Below the pieces are notes generated by a model that did not search any database, was not told the DNA's origin, and saw nothing but the letters and a program-made list of their open reading frames with translations. Positions 59,734 to 64,000 of a DNA stretch of 64,000 bases are shown piece by piece. Every line of letters begins with the position of its first letter. Positions within the stretch are counted from its first letter, which is position 1. Made by a program: the position numbers and the translations under genes. This DNA comes from Burkholderiales bacterium (GTDB lineage: Bacteria > Pseudomonadota > Gammaproteobacteria > Burkholderiales > SG8-39), in NCBI GenBank assembly GCA_026416295.1, contig JAOAFL010000041.1, forward strand, positions 3,799 through 67,798, written 5' to 3'.

Positions 59734-62703
59734 ATGCTGCTCACCAGGAAGGCTAACGGAACCGCGCTGCCGCAGGCACGCCTTGCTCGCGGTCTGACCG
59801 GCGTGCTCGGCAGGACGATGGACCGGCGCGCGTTTCTGCGCCGCTCGGGGCTGACGCTGGGGGCGGGCGCGGTCGCCTCGCAGCTGCCGTTCAACCTCAT
59901 CGGCACTGCCGAGGCGCAGCAGAAGAAGGTCGCCGCCAAAGTCGAGGTGAAACGCACCGTGTGCTCGCACTGCTCGGTCGGCTGCGCGGTGGACGCGTAC
60001 GTCGAAAACGGTGTCTGGGTGCGCCAGGAGCCGGTGTTCGATTCGCCGATCAACCTCGGTGCGCATTGCGCCAAGGGCGCGAGCCTGCGCGAATACGGCC
60101 GCACCGCCGATTCGCACCGGCTGAAGTATCCGGTCAAGCTCGAAGGCGGCAAGTGGAAGCGCATCTCCTGGGACCAGGCGCTCGACGAAATCTCGAAGAA
60201 GCTGCTCGCGATCCGCGAAAAGGACGGGCCGGACGCGCTCTTCGTGGTGGGCTCCTCCAAGCACAGCAACGAGCAGGCGTATCTGCTGCGCAAGTGGGTC
60301 TCGCTCTGGGGCACGAACAACACCGACCACCAGGCGCGCGTGTGTCACTCGAGCACCGTCGCCGGCGTCGCCCAGACCTGGGGCTACGGGGCGATGACCA
60401 ACTCGTACAACGACGAGCAGAACTCGAAATGCCTGTTCTTCCTCGGCTCGAACGCCGCCGAGGCGCATCCGGTCTCGATGCTGCATACGCTGCACGCGCG
60501 CGAGAACGGCTGCAAGGTGATCGTCGCCGACCCGCGCTATACGCGCACCGCGGCGAAAGCGGATCTCTACGTACGCTTCCGCTCGGGGACGGACATCCCG
60601 CTCCTGTTCGGCATCCTGCACGTCATCTTCAAGAACGGCTGGGAGGACAAGGAGTACATCCGCGGCCGCGTCTACGGCATGGACGCGGTGAGGAAGGAAG
60701 TGATGGAGAAGTGGTCGCCCGAGCAGGCGTCGGCCGTGTGCGGCGCATCGCCCGCCGAGATCGAGGCGATCGCGCGCATGCTCGCCGAGAACCGCCCGGG
60801 CTTCATCATCTGGGCGATGGGGCAGACGCAGCACAACCATGCGAACGCCGTGGTGCGCGCCTCGAACATCCTCATGCTCGCGCTCGGCAACGTCGGGCGC
60901 TCGGGCGGCGGTTGCAACATCTACCGCGGCCACGACAACGTGCAGGGCGCGACCGACGTCGGCCCGAACCCGGACACGCTGCCGGGCTACTACCACGTCT
61001 CGGTTCCGGGCAGCTGGGCGCACTGGGCGCGCGTGTGGAATGTGGACCTCGAGTGGCTGAAGAAGCGCTTCGCCTCCGAGGCGATGATGCAGAAGCCCGG
61101 CCTGACGGTGTCGCGCTGGATCGATGGCGTGCTCGAGAAGAACGAGCACATCGACCAGGACCCGAACCTGAAGGCGATCATCTACTGGGGCATGGCGCCG
61201 AACAGCCAGACGCGCGGCCCGGACATGATCGAGGCGATGAAGAAGCTCGAGCTTCTCGTCGTCATCGATCCGTACCCGTCGGCCACCGCCGCGATGGTCG
61301 CGATGGCGCGCAAGGACGGCGCCTACTGCCTGCCCGCGTCGAACCAGTTCGAGACCGAGGGCAGCATCACCGCCTCCAACCGCTCGGTCCAGTGGCGCGA
61401 GAAGGTGATCGAGCCGCTCTTCGAAGCGCGCACCGACCACATGATCATGTATCAGCTCGCGCAGAGACTCGGGTTCGCCGATCAGCTGCTCGGCAAGCGC
61501 GACGGCAAGCAGAACATCCGGCTGGTCAAGGGCAAAGGCGGCATGGACGAGCCGGCGGTCGAGGACGTGCTGCGCGAGATCAACCGCGGCGCGTGGACGA
61601 TCGGCTACACGGGCATCACGCCCGAGCGCATCCAGGCGCACATGCGCAACATGCACGTCTTCGACGTGAAGACGCTCAAGGCGCGCGGCGGCAAGGACGC
61701 AAAGACCGGCTACGACCTCACCGGCGACTACTTCGGGCTGCCGTGGCCTTGCTACGGCACCGCCGCGATCAAGCACCCGGGCACGCCCAACCTCTACGAC
61801 ACCTCCAAGCACGTGATGGAGGGCGGGCACACGTTCCGGGCACTGTTCGGCGTCGAACGCGACGGCGTGAGCCTGCTCGCCGAAGACGGCGTGCATTCGA
61901 AGGGCAGCGATATCACCACCGGCTACCCGCAGTTCGACCACAACCTGCTGAAGAAGCTCGGCTGGTGGGACGAGCTGACCGAAGAGGAGAAGAAGGAAGC
62001 CGAGGGCAAGAACTGGGCGACCGATCTCTCGGGCGGCATCATCCGCGTGGCGATGAAGCACGGCTGCAGCCCCTTCGGCAACGCCAAGGCGCGCGCGATC
62101 GTGTGGAACTTCCCCGATCCGATCCCGATCCACCGCGAGCCTCTGTTCAGCCCGCGGCCGGACCTCGTAGAGAAGTTCCCGACGCACGACGACGTGAAGA
62201 CGCTGTGGCGGCTGCCGGTGCTCTTCAAGAGCGTGCAGCAGCAGGCGCTCAAGGACGAGGTGCACAAGAAGTTCCCGCTCATCCTCACCTCGGGGCGCCT
62301 CGTCGAATACGACGGCGGCGGCGAGGAAACGCGCTCGAACGCGTGGCTGGCGGAGCTTCAGCAGGACAACTTCGTCGAGATCCACCCGAAGACGGCCGCC
62401 GACCGCGGCATCCGCAACGGCGAGTACGTCTGGGTGACCACGCCGGCGAAGAACCCCGACGGCTCGCACGTGCGGATCAAGGTCAAGGCGAAGGTCACCG
62501 AGGGCGTCGGCCCGGACACGGTGTTCATCCCGTTCCACTTCTCCGGTTGGTGGCAGGGCAAGGACATGCTCGCCTTCTATCCGGAGGGCGCCTACCCGAT
62601 CGTGCGCGGCGAGGCGGTGAACACCGCGACGACGTACGGGTACGACCGGGTCACGGTGATCCAGGAAACCAAGACCACGCTGTGCCAGGTGTCGAAGGCG
62701 TAA
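59734..62703 (+). CDS. fdhA: formate dehydrogenase catalytic (alpha, bis-MGD) subunit, Tat-exported, Cys-type
   Basis: Track ORF 59719..62703. GAGGAGG lies 6 nt before ATG 59734. The Tat motif is DRRAFLRRSGLTLGAG and the FeS motif is CSHCSVGCAV. The active-site region ARVCHSSTV has Cys (TGT 60343-60345) where E. coli FdnG has Sec. Confidence 0.92.
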   Translation: MLLTRKANGTALPQARLARGLTGVLGRTMDRRAFLRRSGLTLGAGAVASQLPFNLIGTAEAQQKKVAAKVEVKRTVCSHCSVGCAVDAYVENGVWVRQEPVFDSPINLGAHCAKGASLREYGRTADSHRLKYPVKLEGGKWKRISWDQALDEISKKLLAIREKDGPDALFVVGSSKHSNEQAYLLRKWVSLWGTNNTDHQARVCHSSTVAGVAQTWGYGAMTNSYNDEQNSKCLFFLGSNAAEAHPVSMLHTLHARENGCKVIVADPRYTRTAAKADLYVRFRSGTDIPLLFGILHVIFKNGWEDKEYIRGRVYGMDAVRKEVMEKWSPEQASAVCGASPAEIEAIARMLAENRPGFIIWAMGQTQHNHANAVVRASNILMLALGNVGRSGGGCNIYRGHDNVQGATDVGPNPDTLPGYYHVSVPGSWAHWARVWNVDLEWLKKRFASEAMMQKPGLTVSRWIDGVLEKNEHIDQDPNLKAIIYWGMAPNSQTRGPDMIEAMKKLELLVVIDPYPSATAAMVAMARKDGAYCLPASNQFETEGSITASNRSVQWREKVIEPLFEARTDHMIMYQLAQRLGFADQLLGKRDGKQNIRLVKGKGGMDEPAVEDVLREINRGAWTIGYTGITPERIQAHMRNMHVFDVKTLKARGGKDAKTGYDLTGDYFGLPWPCYGTAAIKHPGTPNLYDTSKHVMEGGHTFRALFGVERDGVSLLAEDGVHSKGSDITTGYPQFDHNLLKKLGWWDELTEEEKKEAEGKNWATDLSGGIIRVAMKHGCSPFGNAKARAIVWNFPDPIPIHREPLFSPRPDLVEKFPTHDDVKTLWRLPVLFKSVQQQALKDEVHKKFPLILTSGRLVEYDGGGEETRSNAWLAELQQDNFVEIHPKTAADRGIRNGEYVWVTTPAKNPDGSHVRIKVKAKVTEGVGPDTVFIPFHFSGWWQGKDMLAFYPEGAYPIVRGEAVNTATTYGYDRVTVIQETKTTLCQVSKA

Positions 62704-62730
62704 CGCGGCGGCAAAGACAAGGAGACGGCC

Positions 62731-63378
62731 ATGGCGAGAATGAAGTTCCTGTGCGACGCCGAACGCTGCATCGAGTGCAACGGCTGCGTCACCGCGTGCA
62801 AGAACGAGAACGAGGTGCCGTGGGGCGTGAACCGGCGCCGCGTGGTCACCATCAACGACGGCGTGGTAGGGGCCGAAAAGTCGATTTCGGTCGCGTGCAT
62901 GCACTGCTCTGACGCGCCCTGCATGGCGGTGTGCCCGGTCGACTGCTTCTACCGCACCGACGACGGCGTGGTGCTGCACGACAAGGACCTGTGCATCGGC
63001 TGCGGCTACTGCTTCTACGCGTGCCCGTTCGGGGCGCCGCAGTTCCCGCAGGCGGGCGTCTTCGGACTGCGCGGCAAGATGGACAAATGCACTTTCTGCG
63101 CCGGCGGCCCGGAGCCCGACCGGTCCGAAGCGGAGTTCCGCAAGTACGGCCGCAACCGGCTGGCGGAGGGCAAGCTCCCGGCGTGCGCCGAGATGTGCTC
63201 GACGAAGGCGCTGCTCGGCGGCGACGGCGACGTGATCGCGGACATCTACCGCGAGCGCGTCATGCGTCGCGGCCGCGGTCCGGAGGCGTGGGGCTGGGGT
63301 ACCGCGTACGGCCTGCCGGGCAAGGGCGGTACGGCACCGTCGGCGCCTGCGCCGGCGCAGACGGGCGGCAAGTCATGA
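62731..63378 (+). CDS. fdhB: formate dehydrogenase iron-sulfur (beta) subunit
   Basis: 215 aa, CIECNGCVTACK, CMHCSDAPCMAVCP, CIGCGYCFYACP, CTFCAG and CAEMC. AAGGAGA lies upstream of the ATG. Confidence 0.9.
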   Translation: MARMKFLCDAERCIECNGCVTACKNENEVPWGVNRRRVVTINDGVVGAEKSISVACMHCSDAPCMAVCPVDCFYRTDDGVVLHDKDLCIGCGYCFYACPFGAPQFPQAGVFGLRGKMDKCTFCAGGPEPDRSEAEFRKYGRNRLAEGKLPACAEMCSTKALLGGDGDVIADIYRERVMRRGRGPEAWGWGTAYGLPGKGGTAPSAPAPAQTGGKS

Positions 63379-63629
63379 AAAGAACCGTCGTGGTCGCGCT
63401 CGCAGCGGCGGCTTCGCTTTCGCTCGGCGCATGCATGGAGGTCGAGCAGACGGCGACCGCGCCCAAGGCGGGAAAATATCAGGGCAAGCCCGATACCCCG
63501 CCGTGGGCGAATGAGCCGCTCGCGCTGGAGAACGCTCCTCGGTGGACAAAAGGCGATCGCGCGAGCTGGGAAACTCAGATCAAGAACCGCCAGCTCGCGC
63601 AGCACGAGGACAGACGCATCTACCAGTAG
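63375..63629 (+). CDS. small lipoprotein, unknown function
   Basis: ATG 63375 (ATGA overlap with the fdhB stop) gives MKRTVVVALAAAASLSLGAC (lipobox). It is followed by 64 polar residues. It is in frame with track ORF 62931..63629. Confidence 0.55.
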   Translation: MKRTVVVALAAAASLSLGACMEVEQTATAPKAGKYQGKPDTPPWANEPLALENAPRWTKGDRASWETQIKNRQLAQHEDRRIYQ

Positions 63630-63717
63630 GCTGTCCGGAGCGAGAAGTTCCGGACGCGTTTTCGCTCGAGGGCGGGGCGTTGCGTCCGCTGCGTGCGCGC
63701 ATGAAAGGAGAGAGGGC

Positions 63718-64000
63718 ATGTCGAGGATGAGAGCGATGGTGGTCGGCGCAGCGCTCGCGTTTTGCGCCGGCGCCGCGTGTGCGCAGGGTGGCGCGCCGGC
63801 GGCACCGGCCGAAGACCCGCTCGCAAAGGCGCAGCGTGAGCGCGCGCTCGTACAGCCCGGAAACAACCAGCCGGTGTGGAGCGAGGTGCGCTCCGGGCAG
63901 CCGAATTACACCAGCCTGCCGGGGCGCGAGATGGGTGTGCTGATCCAGCCGCAGGCGCGCTTTCCCGGCCAGGAGAAGTTCACCACCGCCGGCGAGGCTT
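63718..64000 (+). CDS. probable formate dehydrogenase gamma (cytochrome b) subunit, N-terminal part only
   Basis: AAAGGAGAGAGGG lies before ATG 63718. My translation is MSRMRAMVVGAALAFCAGAACAQG...LVQPGNNQPVWSEVRSGQPNYTSLPGREMGVLIQ... The frame is open to the window end. The assignment rests on position and on my recollection of similar N-terminal extensions. Confidence 0.55.
   Translation, partial: MSRMRAMVVGAALAFCAGAACAQGGAPAAPAEDPLAKAQRERALVQPGNNQPVWSEVRSGQPNYTSLPGREMGVLIQPQARFPGQEKFTTAGEA

Noticed and set aside
60343-60345. Possible selenocysteine codon in the FDH active site
   Set aside because: The codon is TGT (Cys) in ARVCHSSTV, not TGA. No in-frame stop interrupts fdhA.
59701-62979. 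1092-aa ORF on the minus strand
   Set aside because: It is antisense to the formate dehydrogenase alpha gene. It has low-complexity Arg/Ala/His composition. It is a shadow ORF.

Overview
About 70% GC, gene-dense chromosomal segment that looks betaproteobacterial, probably Burkholderiales. This call rests on synteny recalled from memory: pepA-holC-valS, lptFG, ECF sigma module next to ilvIHC-psd-pssA...leuA, tesA-ybbA-ybbP, ccmABCDEFGHI. I support about 70 protein-coding genes. I found no rRNA, tRNA, CRISPR array, transposase or integrase. Most very long ORFs in the six-frame track are high-GC shadow ORFs, either antisense or out of frame to real genes. Real starts are often internal GTG or ATG codons that overlap the upstream stop by 4 nt.

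Main blocks:
- 1-7263: valS/holC/pepA and lptFG.
- 7292-9301: RDD/DUF3106-like/DUF3619-like/ECF sigma module.
- 9454-14257: ilvIHC, psd, pssA.
- 14262-21102: apparent 6.8-kb insertion holding a CoA-transferase, Rieske oxygenase, TRAP transporter, SodC and a CitE-like lyase.
- 21254-22969: leuA with a Leu-rich leader ORF.
- 23037-27132: wrbA/DUF2069-like, yihY, pyrF, nupC.
- 27221-29745: MoxR ATPase plus a sensor-first Hanks kinase.
- 29784-35651: HDAC-like gene, selU, tesA/ybbA/ybbP.
- 35660-36840: frameshifted rmuC.
- 36841-37661: decayed region with a response-regulator receiver relic.
- 37662-42129: diacylglycerol-centred lipid locus.
- 42202-52363: ccm genes, mobA, moeA, a cupin and ctaA. 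Eleven of these genes (42202-51053) are linked by ten consecutive 4-nt start/stop overlaps.
- 52453-55694: MFS transporter, fdhD, moaA.
- 55743-64000: Tat-exported Cys-type formate dehydrogenase preceded by a DUF3305/DUF3306/polyferredoxin/TorD/TAT-target module.

No canonical defence or mobile system is visible. The candidates I rank highest for undescribed biology are the MoxR-receptor kinase pair, the FDH-associated accessory module and the lipid-remodelling locus with an 11-bp tandem repeat. All family names come from my own reading of the translations and need HMM confirmation.
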